The notes: generated by a model from the letters alone, not told the origin. Numbered from the stretch's first letter, positions 16,157 to 28,358 are shown. The stretch: DNA of 64,000 nucleotides from Clostridia bacterium (GCA_050950825.1 JBMNIH010000010.1:128001-192000); one strand, 5' to 3'. A program made the numbers and translations.

Positions 16157-16291
16157 TTATGCCGAAAGCTCTTTTCTTCCCTTTTGTCTTCTTCTTCTCA
16201 ACACCTTTCTTCCGCTGGCGGTCTTCATTCTCTTTCTAAATCCGTGTTCTTTTTTTCTCTGCCTTTTTTTAGGTTGAAATGTTCTCTTCAA
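16157..16291 (-). CDS. rpmH: 50S ribosomal protein L34 (absent from the ORF track)
   Basis: TTG start after AGGAGG; [44 protein letters not shown] (44 aa). Confidence 0.97.
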   Translation of the reverse strand: MKRTFQPKKRQRKKEHGFRKRMKTASGRKVLRRRRQKGRKELSA

Positions 16292-16402
16292 GGTAGCACC
16301 TCCTTAATAAATAAATATTTAATATAACAAAAGGCCCTCTTATTGCCCTTTTTTCAAACTTTTGATCGACAAAATTCCGCCGGTATCCCGACAGCATTAC
16401 AT

Positions 16403-16431
16403 ATTATAACGAATACCCTGCATAGTGTCAA
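16403..16431 (-). promoter_or_regulatory. sigma-A promoter of the rpmH operon
   Basis: Perfect TTGACA-N17-TATAAT on the minus strand. Confidence 0.85.
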
Positions 16432-16584
16432 ACAAATTCGTTTACGAAAAAGATAAATCAATTCTACCGGCAGAAATATTTTATTTCAATCCTTTCCCGA
16501 CGTAAAAACAAGGAAATGAAAAATATACCACAAATATGATCCCATTAACATTATGCCTTATTTTCTCAAAAAATATAATGAAGG

Positions 16585-16893
16585 TTATCAACAATTTTAT
16601 GTGAACATGTGGATGGTTTTTCCGGGGATAAAATTCGACCGGTATCAAAAAGATATCCGATTGTGCAAAATGTGAATAACCGAAACAAATACTTCACATA
16701 ATCATACAGAGTTAAAATATGCATTACCAAAGGCTTGCAATAAGTTATCCACATTATCGACACCCTTATGATGATGCTAATTACTATTTATATTCTAATA
16801 AAAGAAAAAAAATGCCCGTCCTTTAGATACTTTACACAAAGAATTACGTATCCGAAAGTCTGCCGATAAAAATGAAACCGAAAGTTATCTACA
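16585..16893. other. oriC: replication origin oriC (DnaA-box cluster and unwinding region)
   Basis: TTATCAACA 16585, TGTGAATAA 16671, TTATCCACA 16745, TTATCGACA 16754, TTATCTACA 16885 plus weaker boxes; trio-like repeats and an AT-rich tract at 16765-16812; gene orientation diverges here. Confidence 0.85.
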
Positions 16894-17040
16894 TATAGCA
16901 ATGCCCGAATTTTTTAAATACCATATGTAGACTTCTGCCTACCCTAATAAAATTATGCAATTTTGCGAATTGAATAGAGATCGGATATTTGTTATCATAC
17001 GATATACGACTTGAACAATAGTTATGCTAGGGAGGGGCAA

Positions 17041-18400
17041 ATGTATTACGATAAGGGAAATATTGAAGAATTTAGAAATGTGTGGCAAACAAAAACGTTG
17101 CCGGCTATCAAAGAAAGCATCATTTCTGAGCTCAGCTTCAATACATATATAAAGACAGCCAACCCGGTGTATATGAACAATAATGAAATAGTTTTTGAAG
17201 TCTCGAATGAGTTTATAAAGGGATCATTTACAAAAATTTTATGACTTAATTAAAAATGCCGTTGATTTGTCCGATTACAAAAATTACAAGCTGACATTTT
17301 GCTTAAAAGACGAGCTGACCAATCATATGGCGGAATCTCGGCAAGAAGATTCGGATGATTGGGGAGCCTCAGTCTATGCTCAATCCGAAATATACCTTCG
17401 ATAAGTTCGTCGTAGGACGAGCAACGACTTGGCATATGCCGCTTCCGTAGCCGTTTCTCAGCAGCCCGGAAAAGCGTACAATCCTTTTTTTATGTACGGA
17501 GGTTCCGGTTTAGGTAAAACGCATCTGATGCAAGCCATCGGACATGAAATACTCAGTAGAGATGCAAAAGCGAAAGTTCTGTACATCAATTCCGAAACTT
17601 TTGCTAACGAATATATCAACTCGTTGCCGGACAGAACCATCGACAAGTTTATACGGAAATACCGCAGCATCGATGTATTGATGATTGACGATATCCAATT
17701 TTTAGCCGGAAAGGAGCGTACACAGGAAGCTTTTTTCCATACATTTAATCATTTGTATAATTTAAACAAGCAAATCGTCATCTCCAGCGACAAACCCCCG
17801 AAAGATTTGAATCCTTTAGAAGAACGCTTAAGGACAAGGTTCGAACAGGGTCTGATCGCGGACATACAAAAACCGGATTTGGAGATTCGAATCGCTATTC
17901 TTCGACAAAAATCGGAACAGGAGAATTTGAATTTAGACGACGAAATTATTTATTTGCTTGCAAATAACATCCAATCCAACATAAGGGATTTGGAAGGCGC
18001 GCTGACGAAGCTGGTTGCGTTGTCAACGCTGACCAATTCCGTGATTACAAAGGAGTTTACGTTGGAAGCCTTAAAAGAGTTTATCACCAATGCAAAAAAG
18101 GTGGATATCAACGAAACTACCATTCTGGATGCCATATCCCGTTATTTTGACGTGGACAAAAAGAGTCTCTTGTCGAAAAAAAGAACGAGAGACGTTGCTT
18201 ATCCGCGGCAATTGGCCATGTATCTATGCAAGCAGTATACGGATGCTTCGCTGGCTGCCATCGGTAATTTCTTTGGCGGAAGAGACCATACTACGGTTAT
18301 GCATGCCGTAGAGAAAATTCGGAGCGATCTGGAAACCAATTTGGAAACGAAAAAAGCGGTCCGTGATATTCTGGAGGACTTTAATATCAAGCCCGAATAA
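17041..18400 (+). CDS. dnaA: chromosomal replication initiator DnaA (three apparent indels at about 17221, 17362 and 17418)
   Basis: Domain I at 17041; intermediate frames give DHLQKFYDLIKNAV... and MLNPKYTFDKFVVG; main frame has YGGSGLGKTHL, IDDIQF, GGRDHTTV. Confidence 0.95.
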
Positions 18401-18410
18401 AAGTGGAAGG

Positions 18411-18439
18411 TTGAAAAGAAGTCCTTTTCACGGTACAAT
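18411..18439 (+). promoter_or_regulatory. sigma-A promoter of dnaN
   Basis: TTGAAA-N17-TACAAT in the 58-bp dnaA-dnaN gap. Confidence 0.6.
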
Positions 18440-18458
18440 GATTACGGAAGGTGATGGA

Positions 18459-19556
18459 ATGAAATTCAAATGCGAATGTACCGTTTTGCAAAAAGCGATT
18501 CAAGTTGTACAAAGAGCGGCGGCAGTCAAAACGACACTGTCGGTTTTGGAATGCGTAAAAATAGAAGCAAAAGAAGATTGTGTTATCCTGGAAGCCAACA
18601 ACCTGGAAATGGCCATCGAATATCGCTTGCCGGCGGAAATTGAAGAAACCGGTCTCGTTTTGGTCAACGTGAGGATTTTCAGTGAAATCATAAGAAAACT
18701 GTCCATGGGTACCGTGAGTATAAGAAGCAAAAACAACACCGTGGAGATTTCATGCCAAAACAGCCTTTTTAACATTAAAGGCTTGCTGTCGGACGCTTTT
18801 CCGGAAATACCGAAAGTCGAAGAGTCCGAATGCTTTGAAATTGAACAGGACAAGCTGGGAAAATTGATTAAAAGCACGATTTTTTCCGTCAGCCAAGAAA
18901 CGACGCGAACGATTTTAACCGGGCTGTATATGGAGGTCAAGAACGGTTATGTTACGACGGTAGGAATCGACAGTTACCGAATGGCGGTAAGAAAAGAAGT
19001 AGTGGACGAAAAATACAAAGAATTCAGTGCCGTGGTTCCCGGAAAGACCATGACGGAATTGAGTCGTATATTGGAAAACGCAGACGAGAAGGTAAAAATC
19101 TATATCGGCCGAAAACAAGTTCAATTCTTATTTAAAAATTTTAAATTGGTTTCACGATTACTGGAAGGAGAATTTTTGGATTATAGAGGGATTATCCCGA
19201 GAGAATTCGGTACGACGATAAAACTGAATAAAACGAACTTTCAAGATTCCATCGAAAGAACGTTAATCGTTATACCCAGCGAAGATAAGAAGTATCCCAT
19301 CGATATATCCACCGAAGACAGCACGCTGAACATTGCAATCAGCACGCACCTCGGAGATGTCCATGAAACGCTGCCGGTCGATGTTATAGGAGAGAATATT
19401 GACGTTGCTTTTAACCCGGTATTTTTTGCCGATTGCCTAAGAGTGATGGAAGACGAAGAAATTTTGTTTAAGTGCAACACGGAAGTCGGTCCGTGTATCC
19501 TGTCGCCGGTTGAAGGAGATGACTATATATATCTGATCGGAGCCGTAAGGAAATAA
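18459..19556 (+). CDS. dnaN: DNA polymerase III beta sliding clamp
   Basis: MKFKC start after GAAGGTG; DSYRMA, SRLLEGEFLDY, AFNP; follows dnaA. Confidence 0.96.
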   Translation: MKFKCECTVLQKAIQVVQRAAAVKTTLSVLECVKIEAKEDCVILEANNLEMAIEYRLPAEIEETGLVLVNVRIFSEIIRKLSMGTVSIRSKNNTVEISCQNSLFNIKGLLSDAFPEIPKVEESECFEIEQDKLGKLIKSTIFSVSQETTRTILTGLYMEVKNGYVTTVGIDSYRMAVRKEVVDEKYKEFSAVVPGKTMTELSRILENADEKVKIYIGRKQVQFLFKNFKLVSRLLEGEFLDYRGIIPREFGTTIKLNKTNFQDSIERTLIVIPSEDKKYPIDISTEDSTLNIAISTHLGDVHETLPVDVIGENIDVAFNPVFFADCLRVMEDEEILFKCNTEVGPCILSPVEGDDYIYLIGAVRK

Positions 19557-19583
19557 CCCTTTATATGCAAAACGGTGAAATAG

Positions 19584-20687
19584 TTGATAGTTAAATCTCT
19601 GACATTAACGAACTTTAGAAATTACGTTCAACAGACCGTCGAGTTCGACAACGGAATAAACATCATACATGGAAAAAACGGACAAGGGAAAACAAATATT
19701 CTCGAGTCCATTTTCATGTGCTCGGCGGCGAAGTCTCCGAGAACGTCTAACTTTAAGGAAATGGTTAACATGGATACCAATGACGATTTTTTTGTTATTT
19801 CCATGGACTATTCCTTCCGCGACATGGACAGCAACATAAAAATTAAATATGACAACAGAGGAAAGACCTTTATCTACAACGACATCGTTTTGGATAAGGT
19901 AGGCGAATTGATGACAAGGTTCCTTTCGATTCTATTTACGCCGGAGGATCTTTATATCATCAAAGGCGGGCCGGAGTGCAGACGTAGATTTTTGGATATG
20001 TTCATCTGTCAAGTCGACAAAGGATATTTCTATTTGTTGCAAAAGTACAATCGATTGTTGAAGCAAAAAAGTTCTTGTTTAAAAGCGGATGCGGATTCTT
20101 CGGAAAAAGAGACCTATATCCATGTACTGAACGACTATATGGCGGATATCGGAAGCAAAGTGATTGACAAGCGATTGTCCGTATTACGGGAAATGAAAGA
20201 AAAAACGTACGCTATTCATAAAAATATTTCCAACGGCCTGGAGGAAATCGATTTAAATTACGTTTTCTCGGGTAAAAAGATTGATGATCATAATGTAAAG
20301 GAAACGATGAAGCAAAAGCTGGACGAATCGTTGGAAAAAGAATTATTGCGAAAAGTATGTTTGGTAGGTCCGCACCGAGACGATATTGAAATACGGATCA
20401 ATGAAAAAGATGCAAGAACATTCGGTTCCCAAGGCCAAATCCGAACAGCCGCCTTATCATTAAAATTGTGCCAAGCCGATATTATGGAGAAAAAATGCGG
20501 TGAAAAACCGGTGGTTTTATTAGATGACGTTTTATCCGAATTGGATATCGGCAGACAAAGAGCCATTGTCGAAAAGTTTCAAAAAAACCAAATCATCATT
20601 ACTTGTACCGACAAAGAAAAAATTTTGGAAAACAATAACGGCAGCATCCGCTATATATTTGTGCAAAAGGGTAAAATTATAGTATAA
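19584..20687 (+). CDS. recF: DNA replication/repair protein RecF
   Basis: NFRNY, GKNGQGKTN, GPHRDD, GSQGQ, LLDDVLSELD. Confidence 0.96.
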   Translation: MIVKSLTLTNFRNYVQQTVEFDNGINIIHGKNGQGKTNILESIFMCSAAKSPRTSNFKEMVNMDTNDDFFVISMDYSFRDMDSNIKIKYDNRGKTFIYNDIVLDKVGELMTRFLSILFTPEDLYIIKGGPECRRRFLDMFICQVDKGYFYLLQKYNRLLKQKSSCLKADADSSEKETYIHVLNDYMADIGSKVIDKRLSVLREMKEKTYAIHKNISNGLEEIDLNYVFSGKKIDDHNVKETMKQKLDESLEKELLRKVCLVGPHRDDIEIRINEKDARTFGSQGQIRTAALSLKLCQADIMEKKCGEKPVVLLDDVLSELDIGRQRAIVEKFQKNQIIITCTDKEKILENNNGSIRYIFVQKGKIIV

Positions 20688-20753
20688 TATATCTGTTGTA
20701 GATATAGAAGATAAAAAGGAAAATTTTTTATCCATTGGAAAGAGGGAAATACG

Positions 20754-22969
<2,216 letters not shown>

Positions 22970-22970
22970 C

Positions 22971-22995
22971 AAAGAGGCTCGAAAGAGCCTTTTTT
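22971..22995 (+). terminator. intrinsic terminator after gyrB
   Basis: AGGCTC-GAAA-GAGCCT followed by a T-run. Confidence 0.85.
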
Positions 22996-23010
22996 GTTGC
23001 TTATAAAAAA

Positions 23011-23026
23011 TGTTTCACGTGAAACA
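23011..23026. promoter_or_regulatory. parS: parS site 1
   Basis: Perfect TGTTTCACGTGAAACA palindrome. Confidence 0.95.
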
Positions 23027-23046
23027 TTACACATTGAAAACAGCTT

Positions 23047-23108
23047 TGCATATTTCCATATCTCTTATTCATTTGAAACGAGTTACAAAACTATGATATA
23101 ATCAATAC
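23047..23108 (+). repeat. 62-bp direct repeat, copy 1 (contains a copy of the soj promoter)
   Basis: Identical to 25276-25337; abuts the IS1634 left end. Confidence 0.92.
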
Positions 23109-25136
23109 CTTAACTTTAACAGTTACGGAATATAAAAAACCTTTGTAATCCTTGAGAAATGCGGCTTACGAAGGTTCTTTTGATTTCAGAAGATTGTTGT
23201 ACATTTTTCTTAGTTATCTTTTAGTGTCGGCAATAAGTTGACGTATTGCTCCGGGTTTAAGAAAACGTCGATTAAGTACAAGATTCAAGGCATTACCGAT
23301 ATCCTTTAGAAGGGGATCATAATAAGCTACTCGGTATACGTTATCCTTAACTAAACAAGCCTGATATTTTCTCAAAGACTTAATTATCTGTTCGGGAGCG
23401 TACTCCTTAATCAAACGCTTTGCCAAGAGTCTTAAAATCAGCAATGCAATGAAGCACGTAAGAAAATGTCCTTCTATCCTTTGTTTCAATGTAACATAAA
23501 CGGGACGGGTTTCAAGATCGCTTTTGGTAATTCGAAAACTATGTTCAATTTCCCAAAGCTCATGATATCTCTTGGCGACTTCGTGATCCGGCATATTGAT
23601 TTCGCTTGTAATAATTACATAATAACCGTCGTACTTTTCGTCTTCCATGATTTTTTCCGTATCCAAATAAGGAATACGTTTCGTATTGATGCATTCGCCG
23701 GTTTCGGAATCGTATTCGATATTTTTAATATAACGCAATGCGCTTTGAGCATCTTGTTTTGTATAGCGTTTGGGATTCGCTATGATTTTTTGGGCCTTTT
23801 CAATCAGTTCGGCCCGCTTATGCTTCCGGTGTCCGGCATATAGTTCGTTGTAACATACAATCTGTTTAACATCTATTGGAATCGGGCGTTTCTTGCCGTC
23901 CGCATGGGTAACCCGAAATTCCTGCGGATACGGTCTGGATTTTAAGCGGAAAACGGGTTCTCGTTTTTCCGTTTTTTCATCCCACAGATCCGCCGACTTT
24001 ACCACTCCTTTTTTCTCCACATAACCCGAAGGGTCAAATACAAAAGACTGTAGTTCCTTATTGGCTCCTCGTATTTTTTGCGAGAAGATGAAACCGTCTT
24101 TTTCAGCCGTTAAAAATGCCACGTTATCACCGCAATTTAACGCTTTATCCGCAACAACGATAATTCTTCCCAATCCGTATTCTTCCCGTACCTTCTCAAT
24201 AATTGGCATCATTGTTTGACTGTCATGGGTATTTCCTTCGAAGAGACGATATGTAATGGGAATCGCATCCGAATCCAGCAATAAACCCATTTGTACCAAA
24301 GGGTTACCGGTATTATCTTTGCAATAACCTTTCTTACGAAACTTGTCTTCTTCGTCAATCTCAAAATAGTAATTGGTAACGTCATAAAAAGTTATGTCGG
24401 TCTTGCGATTGTAATGGATTCTTACCTGCTCATGGAGATGAAGAAGAAGGTCTTCTCGAAAATCGGAAAAGTAATCCAATGCCCGATATACGTCATACCA
24501 ATCGCAATTGAAAGGTCTTGCTATTCTTTCTTTCTCTTGAAAACTCGCTATTTTTGATCCCGGTGCGAGTATGCGTGTGTAGACCAAAAGTTGCATGACA
24601 TCGTTTAGGGAATAGTCCATAGATTTAGTGCGCTGACGGTTAATCAAGAATTGATCAATTTTGAGTTCATGATAAATTCGGCTTAAAGGCAGAAATCCCA
24701 AATGGTACATGGCATCTTCGTTCTCATCCATTACTTCATTTGTACTTACATACCCTAAATAGACATCTTCTTCGGCTTCTTGCTTTTTCTTCTCCAAAGT
24801 ACGTAAACGTGCTACTTCTTTAAAGTGAGCAATCGGATCTTCAAAACGATCCAAATATTCGTCAACGTAACCTAAATTTTCGATTACATTATGCTTTACA
24901 TTCTTTGTTTTCGGATCTCTATAACCTTCGACAAAACTCAAATTCATACGACCGATTTTTTGCGGAGTAACTTTCAGGTACATGACCGTCCTCCAAAACT
25001 CTATATCATTAACAAATTGGATCATAATACGCAGCAATAGTCAGCAATTTTGATTTGACATAAAAAAAGCGATCTAACAGCGTCATATCAATGGTTTTCA
25101 TAATCTTTTTAGGACTAGTTAACTGTTAAACTCGCG
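23109..25136 (-). mobile_element. IS1634-family insertion sequence
   Basis: Imperfect terminal IRs CTTAACTTTAACAGTTA (23109) and CGCGAGTTTAACAGTTA (reverse complement ending 25136) enclosing a DDE transposase. Confidence 0.85.
23214..24983 (-). CDS. IS1634-family DDE transposase
   Basis: FYDVTNYYFE, VQMGLL, FEGNTHD, VVADKAL, WEIEHSFRITKSDLETRPVY; start after GGAGG. Confidence 0.92.
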   Translation of the reverse strand: MYLKVTPQKIGRMNLSFVEGYRDPKTKNVKHNVIENLGYVDEYLDRFEDPIAHFKEVARLRTLEKKKQEAEEDVYLGYVSTNEVMDENEDAMYHLGFLPLSRIYHELKIDQFLINRQRTKSMDYSLNDVMQLLVYTRILAPGSKIASFQEKERIARPFNCDWYDVYRALDYFSDFREDLLLHLHEQVRIHYNRKTDITFYDVTNYYFEIDEEDKFRKKGYCKDNTGNPLVQMGLLLDSDAIPITYRLFEGNTHDSQTMMPIIEKVREEYGLGRIIVVADKALNCGDNVAFLTAEKDGFIFSQKIRGANKELQSFVFDPSGYVEKKGVVKSADLWDEKTEKREPVFRLKSRPYPQEFRVTHADGKKRPIPIDVKQIVCYNELYAGHRKHKRAELIEKAQKIIANPKRYTKQDAQSALRYIKNIEYDSETGECINTKRIPYLDTEKIMEDEKYDGYYVIITSEINMPDHEVAKRYHELWEIEHSFRITKSDLETRPVYVTLKQRIEGHFLTCFIALLILRLLAKRLIKEYAPEQIIKSLRKYQACLVKDNVYRVAYYDPLLKDIGNALNLVLNRRFLKPGAIRQLIADTKR

Positions 25137-25138
25137 CA

Positions 25139-25154
25139 TGTTTCACGTGAAACA
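25139..25154. promoter_or_regulatory. parS: parS site 2
   Basis: Perfect TGTTTCACGTGAAACA. Confidence 0.95.
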
Positions 25155-25256
25155 TATCAAGCAATCCAAAAAGAATTTTTTGGTAAATATAATTTCTCTT
25201 TTGATTCTATGTTTCAAAAATGCCCTTCAACGTTTATCAATAAAGAAGAATAAAAA

Positions 25257-25272
25257 TGTTTCACGTGAAACA
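25257..25272. promoter_or_regulatory. parS: parS site 3
   Basis: Perfect TGTTTCACGTGAAACA. Confidence 0.95.
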
Positions 25273-25275
25273 TAA

Positions 25276-25337
25276 TGCATATTTCCATATCTCTTATTCA
25301 TTTGAAACGAGTTACAAAACTATGATATAATCAATAC
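25276..25337 (+). repeat. 62-bp direct repeat, copy 2, containing the soj sigma-A promoter
   Basis: TTGAAA (25302)-N18-TATAAT (25326) with TG extension; identical to 23047-23108. Confidence 0.9.
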
Positions 25338-25406
25338 AAGTATTAAGTGAGTTCAGTTAAGTGTGGTTATTCTAACCCGGTTTCTAAAGTACGTACGGAG
25401 GGCAAA

Positions 25407-26177
25407 ATGTCGAAAATTATTGCTATCGCAAATCAAAAAGGTGGGGTAGGTAAAACAACTACCGCTGTAAATCTTAGTGCATGCTTGGCAATGCACAAAA
25501 AGAAAGTGTTGTTGCTGGACAATGACCCTCAAGGAAATTCCACATCGGGTTTCGGTATCAACAAAGATCAATTAAAGCATTCCGTTTACGATGTTTTAAT
25601 AAATGAAGTACCTATCGACGATTGCATTGTTGATTCCATGATTGAAACCTTAAAAGTATGTCCTTCCAATATTCAACTGGCCGGTGCAGAAGTAGAGTTG
25701 GTATCTCTCATATCCCGTGAAACAAGATTGAAAATGGCTTTGGATGAAATGAATTCCGAATTCGATTATGTCATTATCGATTGTCCGCCTTCTTTGGGGA
25801 TGCTGACGTTAAATGCACTGACGGCAGCCGATACGGTTCTTGTGCCGATCCAATGCGAATATTACGCTTTGGAAGGCTTAAGCCAATTGGTCGAAACCAT
25901 TCGAATCGTACGGAAACACTTGAATAAGAACCTGGAGGTTGAAGGTGTTGTTTTGACCATGTTCGATGCAAGAACGAACCTATCCATTCAAGTAGTGGAA
26001 GACGTGAAGAAATATTTTAAGAACAAGGTGTATCGTACAATCATACCGAGAAACGTGAAGTTAAGCGAAGCACCGAGCCACGGTTTGCCTATTATACTTT
26101 ACGAACCGAATTCAAAGGGTGCGGAAAGCTATATGGAGTTAGCGGAAGAAGTGATAGAAGCGGAGGAAGATAAATGA
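25407..26177 (+). CDS. soj: ParA-family ATPase Soj
   Basis: NQKGGVGKTTT, DPQGN, IDCPPSLG, QCEYYALEG, IPRNVKLSEAPSHG; start after GGAGG. Confidence 0.96.
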   Translation: MSKIIAIANQKGGVGKTTTAVNLSACLAMHKKKVLLLDNDPQGNSTSGFGINKDQLKHSVYDVLINEVPIDDCIVDSMIETLKVCPSNIQLAGAEVELVSLISRETRLKMALDEMNSEFDYVIIDCPPSLGMLTLNALTAADTVLVPIQCEYYALEGLSQLVETIRIVRKHLNKNLEVEGVVLTMFDARTNLSIQVVEDVKKYFKNKVYRTIIPRNVKLSEAPSHGLPIILYEPNSKGAESYMELAEEVIEAEEDK

Positions 26178-27022
26178 GTAAAAAAGCTTTAGGAAAAGGA
26201 TTAAATGCATTGTTCAGCGAGGATCCTGTTGATCAAGAAAACGATATAAAGGAAGTGGATATCTATCACATTCAGCCGGATAAAAATCAACCTCGAAAGA
26301 ACTTTGATACGGAGACATTAAACGAGCTTGCCCAATCCATCAAAAGAAGCGGTGTTCTTCAGCCCATTTTAGTGCGAGAAGAAAAACCCAATACATATAC
26401 CATTATTGCAGGGGAGAGAAGATGGCGAGCAGCCAAGTTAGCCGGATTAAAAACCATTCCCGTTATCGTTAAAAATCTAACGGATATAGAAATGATCGAA
26501 GTGTCTCTGATAGAAAATTTGCAAAGGGAAGATCTGAATCCCATAGAAGAGGCGAAAGCTTATGAACGGCTGCAAAAAGAATTTAACAAAACACAAGAAG
26601 AAATAAGCGAAATTGTCGGTAAAAGCCGTACGGCCGTTACAAATTCATTGAGGCTGCTGCAGTTGGACAATGAAATTATAAATTTAATTGAAGACAGCCG
26701 CATTAGTCCGGGACATGCCAGAGCCATTTTATCTTTGGAGGATGCTTCAAAGAGAAAAGAATTGGCGAAGATCATTATAGACCAAAATTTGAACGTAAGA
26801 CAAGCGGAAGAACTGGCAAAGAAAATGAACCAAGTTACCGTGACGACCAAATCCGGATCCAAAACGAGATTGCCGGAGGTCATTGAAATTGAAAATAAAT
26901 TGCAAAGACAAATAGGAACAAAGGTAAAACTGAACTACAATAAAGGGAAGGGCAAAATCATTATTGATTTTTACAGCAACGAGGATTTGGACAGAATTTT
27001 AGAGCTGCTGCAGGTGGAATAG
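26174..27022 (+). CDS. spo0J: ParB-family partition protein Spo0J
   Basis: LGKGLNAL, QPRK, GERRWRA, ENLQREDLNPIEEA, KSRTAVTNSLRLL, GHAR. Confidence 0.96.
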   Translation: MSKKALGKGLNALFSEDPVDQENDIKEVDIYHIQPDKNQPRKNFDTETLNELAQSIKRSGVLQPILVREEKPNTYTIIAGERRWRAAKLAGLKTIPVIVKNLTDIEMIEVSLIENLQREDLNPIEEAKAYERLQKEFNKTQEEISEIVGKSRTAVTNSLRLLQLDNEIINLIEDSRISPGHARAILSLEDASKRKELAKIIIDQNLNVRQAEELAKKMNQVTVTTKSGSKTRLPEVIEIENKLQRQIGTKVKLNYNKGKGKIIIDFYSNEDLDRILELLQVE

Positions 27023-27040
27023 ATAGCTTTAGTAAAAAAT

Positions 27041-27085
27041 AAGAAGGAGATAGATTCTTTACGGATCCATCTCCTTTATTTTTAT
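27041..27085. terminator. bidirectional terminator between spo0J and the glycosyltransferase
   Basis: AAGGAGAT...ATCTCCTT stem flanked by A and T runs between convergent genes. Confidence 0.6.
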
Positions 27086-27110
27086 CTTCAATTATTCATT
27101 TATTTATTGT

Positions 27111-28286
27111 TTAAGAGCCGTAAGAGTAAGTTCGGCTAAAGCGGTTAATTAGATAGCGATACCGTTCCTTCGCCATATTCGCCGAGTCTTCCCAGCTGCG
27201 GTATAAAGTCTTCGTTGCATTTTCGCCGACGGTTCTTGCCAATTCGGGGTTCTCAATGATTTTTATAATCACTTCGCACATGGATTCCGGTGTATTTTCT
27301 ACCAAAAATCCGTTCTGCATGTCCTTTACACCTAAAGATGTGGTGGACCCTTTTACCAATACGGCGGGGCATCCCATAGCTGCGGCTTCTTTAACTACGA
27401 GGGAAGACATGTCATACAAGCTGGGGAACAGCAAAGCGGTACCTCGGGCGTAAATGTTACCGATTAAATCGCGGTCCTGAATGATTCCGGCAAAGGTAAC
27501 CTTATCCGTTAATTGGTATTCCTCCGTAATTTGCTCCGCTTCCTGCCTTTTATCGCCGTCTCCGACGAATAACATTCTAAAATCGTAATTCTTTTCATGA
27601 ACAAGTTTTAAACCGTCCAAAATAAGCTTAATATTTTTTTGCCATATATGTTGTCCTACGTAAACAAAAACGGGTACGTCTTCGGGAAAACCGAACCGTT
27701 TATTTATCTCATCCAGTATTTCTTTTGTTTTCGGCTTGGGTACGATATCGCAAGCATTATTAACAACAAATACGCTTTTCTTGTAGCCGTATTCTCTTAA
27801 AATCTCAACGGCGGATTCGCTGACGGTCCATACGTCATCCGCTTGGTTAAAAAAGTACAATACTCTTTTGATTAATAAATCGGTAATAATATCGGACTTT
27901 AAATACTGTTTAAAATCATCTTTAAACTTCGAATGAAGGGTAGCTACAAAAGGAATTCCTTGATCATATGCAATCTTCCTTCCTAATTCCCCCGCAGGGA
28001 AGGGAGAATGGGAATGGATGATATCAAACTTCACTTTTTTCAATTCGTTGTAAAACTGCCGGTCAAATTGCGGTATTCCGGTTCGGTAATTCTTTTTGAA
28101 GGGTATACTGAAAGAATGGTAGGTTAACACGGGAAAAGGATATTCGTAAGAATAGCCCGGAACACCGGGAGTTATAACGTAACAAGTGTCACCGTCCTTG
28201 TGCTGCCATAACGCATAATTTTGTACTACTCGTGCTACGCCATCCGCAATAGGCGGAAAGCTGTCGGTAAACTGACCTATTATCAT
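27111..28286 (-). CDS. GT4-family glycosyltransferase, glycolipid-synthase-like
   Basis: MIIGQFTDSFPP..DGVA, HSHSPF, FPSLYDMSSLVVKEAAA; resembles the diacylglycerol glucosyltransferase-like GT4 subgroup. Confidence 0.85.
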   Translation of the reverse strand: MIIGQFTDSFPPIADGVARVVQNYALWQHKDGDTCYVITPGVPGYSYEYPFPVLTYHSFSIPFKKNYRTGIPQFDRQFYNELKKVKFDIIHSHSPFPAGELGRKIAYDQGIPFVATLHSKFKDDFKQYLKSDIITDLLIKRVLYFFNQADDVWTVSESAVEILREYGYKKSVFVVNNACDIVPKPKTKEILDEINKRFGFPEDVPVFVYVGQHIWQKNIKLILDGLKLVHEKNYDFRMLFVGDGDKRQEAEQITEEYQLTDKVTFAGIIQDRDLIGNIYARGTALLFPSLYDMSSLVVKEAAAMGCPAVLVKGSTTSLGVKDMQNGFLVENTPESMCEVIIKIIENPELARTVGENATKTLYRSWEDSANMAKERYRYLINRFSRTYSYGS

Positions 28287-28358
28287 AAAATCATATCCTT
28301 TCTTCGTTTTAATGCTGGAATACGTTTACTGCTGCCAAAAATTAACGATGTCGTTATA

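Noticed and set aside
23011-25272. Repeated 16-bp palindrome as a possible CRISPR repeat
   Set aside because: It is the parS consensus; spacing is irregular and no cas genes or arrays are present in the window.
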